A stretch of 64,000 nucleotides of DNA, taken from assembly GCA_032718475.1 (NCBI GenBank), contig JAUCBJ010008490.1:62001-126000 (forward strand), in the 5' to 3' direction. Source of the stretch: Nemertoderma westbladi. Its lineage: Eukaryota; Animalia; Xenacoelomorpha. The notes beneath the pieces were generated by a model. The model worked only from the letters and a program-made list of their open reading frames with translations, was not told the DNA's origin and made no database searches. Of this stretch, positions 1-18,000 are shown piece by piece. The translations under genes and the position numbers were made by a program. Every line of letters starts with the position of its first letter. Position 1 is the stretch's first letter.

Positions 1-3000
1 ACGGATATATGGATACTACGGATAAAATCCAAACGGATATACGGATACTACGGATAAAATCAGAACGGATATACGGATACTACGGATAATCCGAACGGAT
101 ATACGGATACTACGGATAATCCGAACGGATATACGGATACTATGGATAAAATCAGAACGGATATATGGATACTACGGATAAAATCAGAACGGATATACAG
201 ATACTACGGATAAAATCAGAACAGATATATGGATACTACGGATAAAATCAGAAAGGATATATGGATAAAATCAGAACAGATATACGGATAATCCGAACGG
301 ATATACGGATACTACGGATAATCCGAATGGATATACGGATACAACGGATAAAATCCGAACGGATATACGGATACTACGGATAAAATCAGAACGGATATAC
401 GGATACTACGGATAAAATCCGAACGGATATACGGATACTACGGATAAAATCAGAACGGATATACGGATACTACGGATAAAATCCGAACGGATATACGGAT
501 ACTACGGATAAAATCAGAACGGATATACGGATACTACGGATAAAATCAGAACGGATATACGGATACTACGGATAATCCGAACGGATATACGGATACTACA
601 GATAATCCGAACGGATATACAGATACTACGGATAAAATCCGAACGGATATACAGATACCATGGATAATCCGAACAGATATACGGATACTATGGATAAAAT
701 CCGAACAGATATACGGATACTATGGATAAAATCCGAATGGATATACGGATACTACGGATAAAATCCGAACGGATATACGGATACTACGGATAAAATCCGA
801 ATGGATATACGGATACTACGGATAAAATCAGAACGGATATACGGATACTACGGATAATCCGAACGGATATACGGATACTACGGATAATCCGAACGGATAT
901 ACGGATACTATGGATAAAATCAGAACGGATATACGGATACTACAGATAAAATCAGAACGGATATACGGATACTACGGATAAAATCAGAACAGATATACGG
1001 ATACTACGGATAAAATCAGAAAGGATATATGGATAAAATCAGAACGGATATACGGATAATCCGAACGGATATACGGATACTACGGATAATCCGAATGGAT
1101 ATACGGATACAACGGATAAAATCCGAATGGATATACGGATACTACGGATAAAATCAGAACGGATATACGGATACTACGGATAAAATCCGAACGGATATAC
1201 GGATACTACGGATAAAATCAGAACGGATATACGGACACTACGGATAAAATCCGAACGGATATACGGATACTACGGATAAAATCAGAACAGATATACGGAT
1301 ACTATGGATAATCCGAACGGATATACGGATACTACAGATAATCCGAACGGATATACGGATACTACGGATAAAATCCGAACGGATATACAGATACTATGGA
1401 TAATCCGAACGGATATACGGATACTACGGATAAAATCCGAACGGATATACGGATACTACGGATAATCCGAACGGATATACGGATACTACAGATAATCCGA
1501 ACGGATATACGGATACTACGGATAAAATCCGAATGGATATACAGATACTATGGATAATCCGAACGGATATACGGATACTACGGATAAAATCCGAACGGAT
1601 ATACGGATACTACGGATAAAATCCGAACGGATATACGGATACTACGGATAAAATCAGAACGGATATACGGATACTACGGATAATCCGAACGGATATACGG
1701 ATACTACAGATAATCCGAACGGATATACGGATACTACGGATAAAATCCGAACGGATATACAGATACTATGGATAATCCGAACGGATATACGGATACTACG
1801 GATAAAATCCGAACGGATATACGGATACTACGGATAAAATCCGAACGGATATACGGATACTACGGATAAAATCCGAACGGATATACGGATACTACGGATG
1901 AAATCCGAACGGATATACGGATACTACGGATAAAATCAGAACGGATATACGGATACTACAGATAAAATCAGAACAGATATACGGATACTACGGATAAAAT
2001 CACAAAGGATATATGGATAAAATCAGAATGGATATACGGATAATCCGAACGGATATACGGATACTACGGATAATCCGAATGGATATTCGGATACAACGGA
2101 TAAAATCCGAACGGATATACGGATACTATGGATAAAATCAGAACGGATATACGGATAATCCGAACGGATATACGGATACTACGGATAAAATCCGAACGGA
2201 TATACGGATACTACGGATAAAATCAGAACGGATATACGGATACTACGGATAAAATCAGAACGGATATACGGATACTACGGATAATCCGAACGGATATACG
2301 GATACTACAGATAATCCGAACGGATATACAGATACTACGGATAAAATCCGAACGGATATACAGATACCATGGATAATCCGAACAGATATACGGATACTAC
2401 GGATAAAATCCGAACAGATATACGGATACTATGGATAAAATCCGAATGGATATACGGATACTACGGATAAAATCCGAACGGATATACGGATACTACGGAT
2501 AAAATCCGAATGGATATACGGATACTACGGATAAAATCAGAACGGATATACGGATACTACGGATAATCCGAACGGATATACGGATACTACGGATAATCCG
2601 AACGGATATACGGATACTATGGATAAAATCAGAACGGATATACGGATACTACGGATAAAATCAGAACGGATATACGGATACTACGGATAAAATCAGAACA
2701 GATATACGGATACTACGGATAAAATCAGAAAGGATATATGGATAAAATCAGAACGGATATACGGATAATCCGAACGGATATACGGATACTACGGATAATC
2801 CGAATGGATATACGGATACAACGGATAAAATCCGAACGGATATACGGATACTACGGATAAAATCAGAACGGATATACGGATACTACGGATAAAATCCGAA
2901 CGGATATACGGATACTACGGATAAAATCAGAACGGATATACGGATACTACGGATAAAATCCGAACGGATATACGGATACTACGGATAAAATCAGAACGGA

Positions 3001-6000
3001 TATACGGATACTATGGATAATCCGAACGGATATACGGATACTACAGATAATCCGAACGGATATACGGATACTACGGATAAAATCCGAACGGATATACAGA
3101 TACTATGGATAATCCGAACGGATATACGGATACTACGGATAAAATCCGAACGGATATACGGATACTACGGATAATCCGAACGGATATACGGATACTACAG
3201 ATAATCCGAACGGATATACGGATACTACGGATAAAATCCGAATGGATATACAGATACTATGGATAATCCGAACGGATATACGGATACTACGGATAAAATC
3301 CGAACGGATATACGGATACTACGGATAAAATCCGAACGGATATACGGATACTACGGATAAAATCAGAACGGATATACGGATACTACGGATAATCCGAACG
3401 GATATACGGATACTACAGATAATCCGAACGGATATACGGATACTACGGATAAAATCCGAACGGATATACAGATACTATGGATAATCCGAACGGATATACG
3501 GATACTACGGATAAAATCCGAACGGATATACGGATACTACGGATAAAATCCGAACGGATATACGGATACTACGGATAAAATCCGAACGGATATACGGATA
3601 CTACGGATGAAATCCGAACGGATATACGGATACTACGGATAAAATCAGAACGGATATACGGATACTACAGATAAAATCAGAACAGATATACGGATACTAC
3701 GGATAAAATCACAAAGGATATATGGATAAAATCAGAATGGATATACGGATAATCCGAACGGATATACGGATACTACGGATAATCCGAATGGATATTCGGA
3801 TACAACGGATAAAATCCGAACGGATATACGGATACTACGGATAAAATCAGAACGGATATACGGATACTACGGATAAAATCCGAACGGATATACGGATACT
3901 ACGGATAAAATCAGAACGGATATACGGATACTACGGATAAAATTAGAACAGATATACGGATACTACGGATAAAATCAGAAAAGATATATGGATAAAATCA
4001 GAACGGATATACGGATACTACGGATAATCCGAACGGATATACGGATACTATGGATAAAATCCGAACGGATATACGGATACTACGGATAAAATCAGAACGG
4101 ATATACGGATACTACGGATAAAATCAGAACAGATATACGGATACTACGGATAATCCGAACGGATATACGGATACTACGGATAATCCGAATGGATATACGG
4201 ATACAACGGATAAAATCCGAACAGATATACGGATACTACGGATAAAATCAGAACGGATATACGGATACTACGGATAAAATCAGAACGGATATACGGATAC
4301 TACGGATAATCCGAACGGATATACGGATACTACGGATAATCCGAACGGATATACGGATACTATGGATAAAATCAGAACGGATATACGGATACTACGGATA
4401 AAATCAGAACGGATATACGGATACTACGGATAAAATCAGAACAGATATATGGATACTACGGATAAAATCAGAAAGGATATATGGATAAAATCAGAATGGA
4501 TATACGGATAATCCGAACGGATATACGGATACTACGGATAATCCGAATGGATATACGGATACAACGGATAAAATCCGAACGGATATACGGATACTACGGA
4601 TAAAATCAGAACGGATATATGGATACTACGGATAAAATCCGAACGGATATACGGATACTACGGATAAAATCAGAACGGATATACGGATACTACGGATAAA
4701 ATCCGAACGGATATACGGATACTACGGATAAAATCAGAACGGATATACAGATACTACGGATAAAATCAGAACGGATATACGGATACTACAGATAATCCTA
4801 ATGGATATACGGATACAACGGATAAAATCCGAACGGATATACGGATACTACGGATAAAATCAGAACGGATATACGGATACTACGGATAAAATCCGAACGG
4901 ATATACGGATACTACGGATAAAATCAGAACGGATATACGGATACTACGGATAAAATCCGAACGGATATACGGATACAACGGATAAAATCAGAACGGATAT
5001 ACGGATACTACGGATTATCCGAACGGATATACGGATACTACGGATAATCCGAACGGATATACGGATACTATGGATAAAATCAGAACGGATATACGGATAC
5101 TACGGATAAAATCAGAACGGATATACGGATACTACGGATAAAATCAGAACAGATATACGGATACTACGGATAAAATCAGAAAGGATATACGGATACTACG
5201 GATAATCTGAATGGATATACGGATACAACGGATAAAATCCGAACGGATATACGGATACTACGGATAAAATCAGAACGGATATACGGATAATCCGAACGGA
5301 TATACGGATACTACGGATAATCCGAATGGATATATGGATACAACGGATAAAATCCGAACGGATATACGGATACTACGGATAAAATCAGAACGGATATACG
5401 GATACTACGGATAAAATCCGAACGGATATACGGATACTACGGATAAAATCAGAACGGATATACGGATACTACGGATAATCCGAACGGATATACGGATACT
5501 ACGGATAATCCGAACGGATATACGGATACTATGGATAAAATCAGAACGGATATACGGATACTACGGATAAAATCAGAATGGATATACGGATACTACGGAT
5601 AAAATCAGAACAGATATACGGATACTACGGATAAAATCAGAAAGGATATACGGATACTACGGATAATCTGAATGGATATACGGATACAACGGATAAAATC
5701 CGAACGGATATACGGATACTACGGATAAAATCAGAACGGATATACGGATACTACGGATAATCCGAATGGATATACGGATACAACGGATAAAATCCGAACG
5801 GATATACGGATACTACGGATAAAATCAGAACGGATATACGGATACTACGGATAAAATCCGAACGGATATACGGATACTACAGATAAAATCAGAACGGATA
5901 TACGGATACTACGGATAAAATCAGAACGGATATACGGATACTACGGATAAAATCAGAACGGATATACGGATACTATGGATAATCCGAACGGATATACGGA

Positions 6001-9000
6001 TACTACGGATAATCCGAATGGATATACGGATACAACGGATAAAATCAGAACGGATATACGGATACTACGGATAAAATCCGAACGGATATACGGATACTAC
6101 GGATAAAATCAGAACGGATATACGGATACTACGGATAAAATCCGAACGGATATACGGATACTACGGATAATCCGAACTGATATACGGATACTACGGATAA
6201 AATCCGAACGGATATATGGATACTACGGATAAAATCCGAACGGATATACGGATACTATGGATAAAATCCGAACGGATATACGGATACTACGGATAATCCG
6301 AACGGATATACGGATACTACGGATAAAATCAGAACGGATATACGGATACTACGGATAAAATCAGAACGGATATATGGATACTATGGATAATCCGAACGGA
6401 TATACGGATACTACGGATAAAATCAGAACGGATATACGGATACTACGGATAAAATCAGAAAGGATATATGGATAAAATCAGAACGGATATACGGATAATC
6501 AGAACGGATATACGGATACTACGGATAATCCGAACGGATATACGGATACTACGGATAATCCGAATGGATATACGGATACTACGGATAAAATCAGAAAGGA
6601 TATACGGATACTACGGATAAAATCAGAAAGGATATACGGATACTATGGATAAAATCAGAAAGGATATACGGATACTATGGATAAAATCAGAACGGATATA
6701 CGGATACTACGGATAAAATCCGAACAGATATACGGATACTACGGATAAAATCAGAACGGATATACGGATAATCCGAACGGATATACGGATACTACGGATA
6801 ATCCGAATGGATATATGGATACAACGGATAAAATCCGAACAGATATACGGATACTACGGATAAAATCAGAACGGATATACGGATACTACGGATAAAATCC
6901 GAACGGATATACGGATACTACGGATAAAATCAGAACGGATATACGGATACTACGGATAATCCGAACGGATATACGGATACTACGGATAATCCGAACGGAT
7001 ATACGGATACTATGGATAAAATCAGAACGGATATACGGATACTACGGATAAAATCAGAATGGATATACGGATACTACGGATAAAATCAGAACAGATATAC
7101 GGATACTACGGATAAAATCAGAAAGGATATACGGATACTACGGATAATCTGAATGGATATACGGATACAACGGATAAAATCCGAACGGATATACGGATAC
7201 TACGGATAAAATCAGAACGGATATACGGATACTACGGATAATCCGAATGGATATACGGATACAACGGATAAAATCCGAACGGATATACGGATACTACGGA
7301 TAAAATCAGAACGGATATACGGATACTACGGATAAAATCCGAACGGATATACGGATACTACGGATAAAATCAGAACGGATATACGGATACTACGGATAAA
7401 ATCAGAACGGATATACGGATACTACGGATAAAATCAGAACGGATATACGGATACTATGGATAATCCGAACGGATATACGGATACTACGGATAATCCGAAT
7501 GGATATACGGATACAACGGATAAAATCAGAACGGATATACGGATACTACGGATAAAATCCGAACGGATATACGGATACTACGGATAAAATCAGAACGGAT
7601 ATACGGATACTACGGATAAAATCCGAACGGATATACGGATACTACGGATAATCCGAACTGATATACGGATACTACGGATAAAATCCGAACGGATATATGG
7701 ATACTACGGATAAAATCCGAACGGATATACGGATACTATCGGATAAAATCCGAACGGATATACGGATACTACGGATAATCCGAACGGATATACGGATACT
7801 ACGGATAAAATCAGAACGGATATACGGATACTACGGATAAAATCCGAACGGATATATGGATACTACGGATAAAATCAGAACGGATATACGGATACTACGG
7901 ATAAAATCCGAACGGATATACGGATACTACGGATAAAATCAGAACGGATATACGGATACTACGGATAAAATCAGAACGGATATACGGATACTACGGATAA
8001 TCCGAATGGATATACGGATACTACGGATAAAATCCGAACGGATATACGGATACTACGGATAAAATCAGAACGGATATACGGATACTACGGATAAAATCCG
8101 AACGGATATACGGATACTACGGATAAAATCAGAACGGATATACGGATACTACGGATAAAATCCAGAACGGATATACGGATACTACGGATAAAATCCGAAC
8201 GGATATACGGATACTATGGATAAAATCCGAACGGATATACAGATACTACGGATAAAATCAGAATGGATATACGGATACTACGGATAATCCGAACGGATAT
8301 ACGGATACTACAGATAAAATCAGAACGGATATACGGATACTACGGATAATCCGAACGGATATACGGATACTACGGATAATCCGAACGGATATACGGATAC
8401 TACGGATAAAATCCGAACGGATATACGGATACTACGGATAAAATCCGAACGGATATACGGATACTACGGATAAAATCCGAACGGATATACGGATACTACG
8501 GATAAAATCGAACGGATATACGGATACTACGGATAAAATCAGAACGGATATACGGATACTACGGATAATCCGAACGGATATACGGATACTACGGATAATC
8601 CGAACGGATATACGGATACTATGGATAAAATCAGAACGGATATACGGATACTACGGATAAAATCAGAACGGATATACGGATACTACGGATAAAATCAGAA
8701 CAGATATACGGATACTACGGATAAAATCAGAAAGGATATATGGATAAAATCAGAACGGATATACGGATACTACGGATATCAGGATATACGGATACAACGG
8801 ATAAAATCCGAACGGATATACGGATACTACGGATAAAATCAGAACGGATATACGGATACTACGGATAAAATCCGAACGGATATACGGATACTACGGATAA
8901 AATCCGAACGGATATACGGATACTACGGATAAAATCAGAACGGATATACGGATACTACGGATAAAATCCGAATGGATATACGGATACTACGGATAAAATC

Positions 9001-12000
9001 CGAACGGATATACGGATACTACGGATAAAATCCGAACGGATATACGGATACTACAGATAATCCGAACGGATATACGGATACTACGGATAAAATCAGAACG
9101 GATATACGGATACTATGGATAAAATCAGAATGGATATACGGATACTATGGATAAAATCAGAACGGATATACGGATACTACGGATAAAATCCGAACGGATA
9201 TACGGATACTACGGATAATCCGAACGGATATACGGATACTATGGATAAAATCAGAACGGATATACGGATACTACGGATAAAATCCGAACGGATATACGGA
9301 TACTACGGATAATCCGAACGGATATACGGATACTACGGATAATCCGAACGGATATATGGATACTACGGATAAAATCCGAACGGATATACGGATACTACGG
9401 ATAAAATCCGAACGGATATACGGATACTACGGATAATCCGAACGGATATACGGATACTACGGATAAAATCCGAATGGATATACGGATACTACGGATAAAA
9501 TCCGAACGGATATACGGATACTACGGATAAAATCCGAACGGATATACGGATACTACGGATAAAATCCGAACGGATATACGGATACTACGGATAAAATCAG
9601 AACGGATATACGGATACTACGGATAATCCGAACGGATATACGGATACTACGGATAATCCGAACGGATATACGGATACTACGGATAAAATCAGAACGGATA
9701 TACGGATACTACGGATAAAATCAGAACGGATATACAGATACTACGGATAAAATCAGAACAGATATACGGATACTACGGATAAAATCAGAAAGGATATATG
9801 GATAAAATCAGAACGGATATACGGATAATCCGAACGGATATACGGATACTACGGATAATCCGAATGGATATACGGATACTACGGATAAAATCCGAACGGA
9901 TATACGGATACTATGGATAAAATCAGAACGGATATACGGATACTACGGATAAAATCCGAACGGATATACGGATACTACGGATAAAATCAGAACGGATATA
10001 CGGATACTACGGATAAAATCCGAACGGATATACGGATACTACGGATAAAATCCGAACGGATATACGGATACTACGGATAAAATCAGAACGGATATACGGA
10101 TACTACGGATAATCCGAATGGATATACGGATACTACGGATAAAATCCGAACGGATATACGGATACTACGGATAAAATCAGAACGGATATACGGATACTAC
10201 GGATAAAATCCAGAACGGATATACGGATACTACGGATAAAATCAGAACGGATATACGGATACTACGGATAAAATCCGAACGGATATACGGATACTACGGA
10301 TAAAATCCGAACGGATATACGGATACTACGGATAATCCGAACGGATATACGGATACTACGGATAATCCGAACGGATATACGGATACTACGGATAAAATCA
10401 GAACGGATATACGGATACTACGGATAAAATCCGAACGGATATACGGATACTACGGATAAAATCAGAACGGATATACGGATACTACGGATAATCCGAACGG
10501 ATATACGGATACTACGGATAATCCGAACGGATATACGGATACTACGGATAAAATCCGAACGGATATACGGATACTACGGATAAAATCAGAACGGATATAC
10601 GGATACTACGGATAAAATCAGAACAGATATACGGATACTACGGATAAAATCAGAAAGGATATACGGATAAAATCCGAACGGATATACGGATACTACGGAT
10701 AAAATCAGAACGGATATACGGATACTACGGATAAAATCAGAACGGATATACGGATACTACGGATAAAATCAGAACGGATATACGGATACTACGGATAAAA
10801 TCAGAAAGGATATATGGATAAAATCAGAACGGATATACGGATAATCCGAACGGATATACGGATACTACGGATAATCCGAATGGATATACGGATACAACGG
10901 ATAAAATCCGAACGGATATACGGATACTACGGATAAAATCAGAACGGATATACGGATACTACGGATAAAATCCGAACGGATATACGGATACTACGGATAA
11001 TCCGAACGGATATACGGATACTACGGATAATCCGAACGGATATACGGATACTACGGATAAAATCAGAACGGATATACGGATACTACGGATAATCCGAACG
11101 GATATACGGATACTACGGATAAAATCAGAACGGATATACGGATACTACGGATAAAATCCGAACGGATATACGGATACTACGGATAAAATCAGAACGGATA
11201 TACGGATACTACGGATAAAATCCGAACGGATATACGGATACTACGGATAATCCGAACGGATATACGGATACTACGGATAATCCGAACGGATATACGGATA
11301 CTACGGATAATCCGAATGGATACACGGATACAACGGATAAAATCAGAACGGATATACGGATACTACGGATAAAATCCGAACGGATACTACGGATAAAATC
11401 CTAACGGATATACGGATACTACGGATAAAATCAGAACGGATATACGGATACTACGGATAATCCGAATGGATATACGGATACTACGGATAAAATCAGAACG
11501 GATATACAGATACTACGGATAATCCGAACGGATATACGGATACTACGGATAAAATCCGAACGGATATACGGATACTACGGATAAAATCCGAACGGATATA
11601 CGGATACTACGGATAAAATCAGAATGGATATACGGATACTACGGATAATCCGAACAGATATACGGATACTACGGATAATCCGAACGGATATACGGATACT
11701 ACGGATAATCCGAATGGATATACGGATACTACGGATAAAATCAGAACGGATATACGGATACTACGGATAAAATCCGAACGGATATACGGATACTACGGAT
11801 AAAATCCGAACGGATATACGGATACTACGGATAAAATCCGAACGGATATACGGATACTACGGATAAAATCCGAACGGATATACGGATACTACAGATAATC
11901 CGAACGGATATACAGATACTACGGATAATCCGAATGGATATACGGATACTACGGATAATCCGAATGGATATACTGATACTACGGATAAAATCCGAACGGA

Positions 12001-15000
12001 TATACGGATACTACGGCTAATCCGAACAGATATACGGATACTACGGATAATCCGAATGGATATACGGATACTACGGATAAAATCCGAACGGATATACGGA
12101 TACTACGGATAATCCGAACAGATATACGGATACTACGGATAATCCGAACGGATATACGGATACTATGGATAAAATCCGAACGGATATACGGATACTACGG
12201 ATAATCCGTACGGATATACGGATACTACGGATAATCCGAATGGATATACGGATACTACGGATAAAATCCGAATGGATATACGGATACTACGGACAAAATC
12301 CGAACGGATATACAGATACTACGGATAATCCGAACAGATATACGGATACTACGGATAATCCGAATGGATATACGGATACTACGGATAATCCGAATGGATA
12401 TACTGAAACTACGGATAAAATCAGAACGGATATACAGATAATCAGAACGGATATACGGATACTACGGATAAAATCAGAATGGATATACGGATACTACGGA
12501 TAAAATAAGAACGGATATACGGATACTACGGATAAAATCCGAACGGATATACGGATACTACGGATAAAATCCGAACGGATATACGGATACTACGGATAAA
12601 ATCCGAACTGATATACGGATACTACGGATAAAATCCGAACGGATGGATACTATGGATAAAATCCGAACGGATATACGGATACTACGGATAAAATCCGAAC
12701 GGATATACGGATACTACGGATAAAATCCGAACGGATATACGGATACTACGGATAAAATCAGAACGGATATACGGATACTACGGATAATCCGAACGGATAT
12801 ACGGATACTACGGATAATCCGAACGGATATACGGATACTACGGATAATCCGAATGGATATATGGATACTACAGATAAAATCCGAACGGATATACGGATAC
12901 TACGGATAAAATCCGAACGGATATACGGATACTACGGATAAAATCAGAACGGATATATGGATACTACGGATAATCCGAACGGATATACGGATACTACGGA
13001 TAATCCGAACGGATATACGGATACTACGGATAAAATCCGAACGGATATACAGATACTACGGATAAAATCAGAAAGGATATACGGATACTACGGATAATCC
13101 GAACGGATATACGGATACTACGGATAATCCGAACGGATATACGGATACTACGGATAAAATCCGAACGGATATACGGATACTACGGATAATCCGAACGGAT
13201 ATACGGATACTACGGATAATCCGAACGGATATACGGATACTACGGATAATCCGAACGGATATACGGATACTACGGATAAAATCAGAAAGGATATACGGAT
13301 ACTACGGATAATCCGAACGGATATACGGATACTACGGATAATCCGAACGGATATACGGATACTACGGATAATCCGAACGGATATACGGATACTACGGATA
13401 ATCCGAACGGATATACGGATACTACGGATAATCCGAACGGATATACGGATACTACGGATAATCCGAACGGATATACGGATACTACGGATAAAATCAGAAA
13501 GGATATACAGATACTACGGATAATCCGAACGGATATACGGATACTACGGATAAAATCCGAACGGATATATGGATACTATGGATAAAATCCGAACGGATAT
13601 ACGGATACTACGGATAAAATCCGAACGGATATACGGATACTACGGATAAAATCAGAACGGATATACGGATACTACGGATAATCCGAACGGATATAAGGAT
13701 ACTACGGATAATCCGAACGGATATACGGATACTACGGATAATCCGAATGGATATACGGATACTACGGATAAAATCCGAACGGATATACAGATACTACGGG
13801 TAAAATCAGAAAGGATATACGGATACTACGGATAATCCGAACGGATATACGGATACTACGGATAATCCGAACGGATATACGGATACTACGGATAAAATCC
13901 GAACGGATATACGGATACTACGGATAATCCGAACTGATATACGGATACTACGGATAATCTGAACGGATATACGGATACTACGGATAATCCGAACGGATAT
14001 ACGGATACTACGGATAAAATCCGAACAGATATACGGATACTACGGATAAAATCCGAACGGATACTAGGATAAAATCCGAACGGATATACGGATACTACGG
14101 ATAAAATCCGAACGGATATACGGATACTACGGATAAAATCCGAACGGATATACGGATACTACGGATAAAATCCGAACGGATATACGGATACTATGGATAA
14201 AATCCGAACGGATATACGGATACTATGGATAAAATCCGAACGAATATACGGATACTACGGATAATCCGAACGGATATACGGATACTACGGATAAAATCCG
14301 AACGAATATATGGATACTACGGATAATCCGAATGGATATACGGATACTACGGATAAAATCCGAACGGATATACGGATACTACGGATAATCCGAACGGATA
14401 TATGGATACTATGGATAAAATCCGAACGGATATACGGATACTACGGATAATCCGAACGGATATACGGATACTACGGATAAAATCCGAACGAATATATGGA
14501 TACTACGGATAATCCGAACGGATATACGGATACTACGGATAAAATCCGAACGGATATACGGATACTACGGATAAAATCCGAACGGATATATGGATACTAT
14601 GGATAAAATCCGAACGGATATACGGATACTACGGATAAAATCCGAACGGATATACGGATACTACGGATAAAATCAGAACGGATATACGGATACTACGGAT
14701 AATCCAAACGGATATAAGGATACTACGGATAATCCGAACGGATATACGGATACTACGGATAATCCGAATGGATATACGGATACTACGGATAAAATCCGAA
14801 CGGATATACAGATACTACAGATAAAATCAGAAAGGATATACGGATACTACGGATAATCCGAATGGATATACGGATACTACGGATAATCCGAACGGATATA
14901 CGGATACTACGGATAAAATCCGAACGGATATACGGATACTACGGATAATCCGAACTGATATACGGATACTACGGATAATCCGAACGGATATACGGATACT

Positions 15001-18000
15001 ACGGATAATCCGAACGGATATACGGATACTACGGATAAAATCCGAACGGATATACGGATACTACGGATAAAATCCGAACGGATACTAGGATAAAATCCGA
15101 ACGGATATACGGATACTACGGATAAAATCCGAACGGATATACAGATACTACAGATAAAATCCGAACGGATATACGGATACTATGGATAAAATCCGAACGG
15201 ATATACGGATACTACGGATAAAATCCGAACGAATATACGGATACTACGGATAATCCGAACGGATATACGGATACTACGGATAAAATCCGAACGAATATAT
15301 GGATACTACGGATAATCCGAACGGATATACGGATACTACGGATAAAATCCGAATGGATATACGGATACTACGGATAATCCGAACGAATATACGGATACTA
15401 CGGATAAAATCCGAACGGATATCTGGATACTACGGATAATCCGAAAGGATATACGGATACTACGGATAATCCGAATGGATATACGGATACTACGGATAAA
15501 ATCAGAACGGATATACGGATACTACGGATAAAATCAGAAAGGATATACGGATACTTCGGATAAAATCCGAAAGGATATACGGATACTACGGATAAAATCC
15601 GAACGGATATACAGATACTACGGATAAAATCAGAACGGATATACGGATACTACGGATAAAATCCGAACGGATATACGGATACTACGGATAAAATCCGAAC
15701 GGATATACGGATACTACGGATAAAATCCGAACGGATATACGGATACTACGGATAATCCAAATGGATATACGGATACTACGGATAAAATCAGAACGGATAT
15801 ACGGATACTACGGATAAAATCAGAAAGGATATACGGATACTACGGATAAAATCAGAACGGATATACGGATACTACGGATAATCCGAACAGATATACGGAT
15901 ACTACGGATAATCCGAATGGATATACGGATACTACGGATAATCCGAATGGATATACTGAAACTACGGATAAAATCAGAACGGATATACGGATAATCAGAA
16001 CGGATATACGGATACTACGGATAAAATCAGAACGGATATACGGATACTACGGATAAAATCCGAACAGATATACGGATACTACGGATAAAATCCGAACGGA
16101 TATACGGATACTACGGATAAAATCCGAACGGATATACGGATACTACGGATAAAATCCGAACGGATATACGGATACTACGGATAAAATCCGAACGGATATA
16201 CGGATACTACGGATAAAATCCGAACGGATATACGGATACTACGGATAAAATCCGAACGGATATACGGATACTACGGATAAAATCCGAACGGATATACGGA
16301 TACTACGGATAAAATCAGAACGGATATACGGATACTACGGATAATCCGAACGGATATACGGATACTACGGATAATTCGAACGGATATACAGATACTACGG
16401 ATAAAATCCGAACGGATATACAGATACTACGGATAAAATCAGAAAGGATATACGGATACTACGGATAATCCGAACGGATATACGGATACTACGGATAATC
16501 CGAACGGATATACGGATACTACGGATAAAATCCGAACGGATATACGGATACTACAGATAATCCGAACGGATATACGGATACTACGGATAATCCGAACGGA
16601 TATACGGATACTACGGATAATCCGAACGGATATACGGATACTACGGATAAAATCAGAAAGGATATACGGATACTACGGATAATCCGAACGGATATACGGA
16701 TACTACGGATAATTCGAACGGATATACGGATACTACGGATAATCCGAATGGATATATGGATACTACAGATAAAATCCGAACGGATATACGGATACTACGG
16801 ATAAAATCCGAACGGATATACGGATACTACGGATAAAATCAGAACGGATATACGGATACTACGGATAATCCGAACGGATATACGGATACTACGGATAATC
16901 CGAACGGATATACAGATACTACGGATAAAATCCGAACGGATATACAGATACTACGGATAAAATCAGAAAGGATATACGGATACTACGGATAATCCGAACG
17001 GATATACGGATACTACGGATAATCCGAACGGATATACGGATACTACGGATAAAATCCGAACGGATATACGGATACTACAGATAATCCGAACGGATATACG
17101 GATACTACGGATAATCCGAACGGATATACGGATACTACGGATAATCCGAACGGATATACGGATACTACGGATAAAATCAGAAAGGATATACGGATACTAC
17201 GGATAATCCGAACGGATATACGGATACTACGGATAATCCGAACGGATATACGGATACTACGGATAATCCGAACGGATATACGGATACTACGGATAATCCG
17301 AACGGATATACGGATACTACGGATATACGGATACTACGGATAATCCGAACGGATATACGGATACTACGGATAAAATCAGAAAGGATATACGGATACTACG
17401 GATAATCCGAACGGATATACGGATACTACGGATAATCCGAACGGATATACGGATACTACAGATACTATGGATAAAATCCGAACGGATATATGGATACTAT
17501 GGATAAAATCCGAACGGATATACGGATACTACGGATAAAATCCGAACGGATATACGGATACTACGGATAAAATCAGAACGGATATACGGATACTACGGAT
17601 AATCCGAACGGATATAAGGATACTACGGATAATCCGAACGGATATACGGATACTACGGATAATCCGAATGGATATACGGATACTACGGATAAAATCCGAA
17701 CGGATATACAGATACTACGGATAAAATCAGAAAGGATATACGGATACTACGGATAATCCGAACGGATATACGGATACTACGGATAATCCGAACGGATATA
17801 CGGATACTACGGATAAAATCCGAACGGATATACGGATACTACGGATAATCCGAACTGATATACGGATACTACGGATAATCCGAACGGATATACGGATACT
17901 ACGGATAATCCGAACGGATATACGGATACTACGGATAAAATCCGAACGGATACTACGGATAAAATCCGAACGGATACTAGGATAAAATCCGAACGGATAT

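Noticed and set aside
12165-12503. Repetitive ORFs in satellite A (also 26438-26638, 38332-38532, 38548-38739)
   Set aside because: Chance read-through of 30-bp units, with ATGs created by ACG>ATG mutation.
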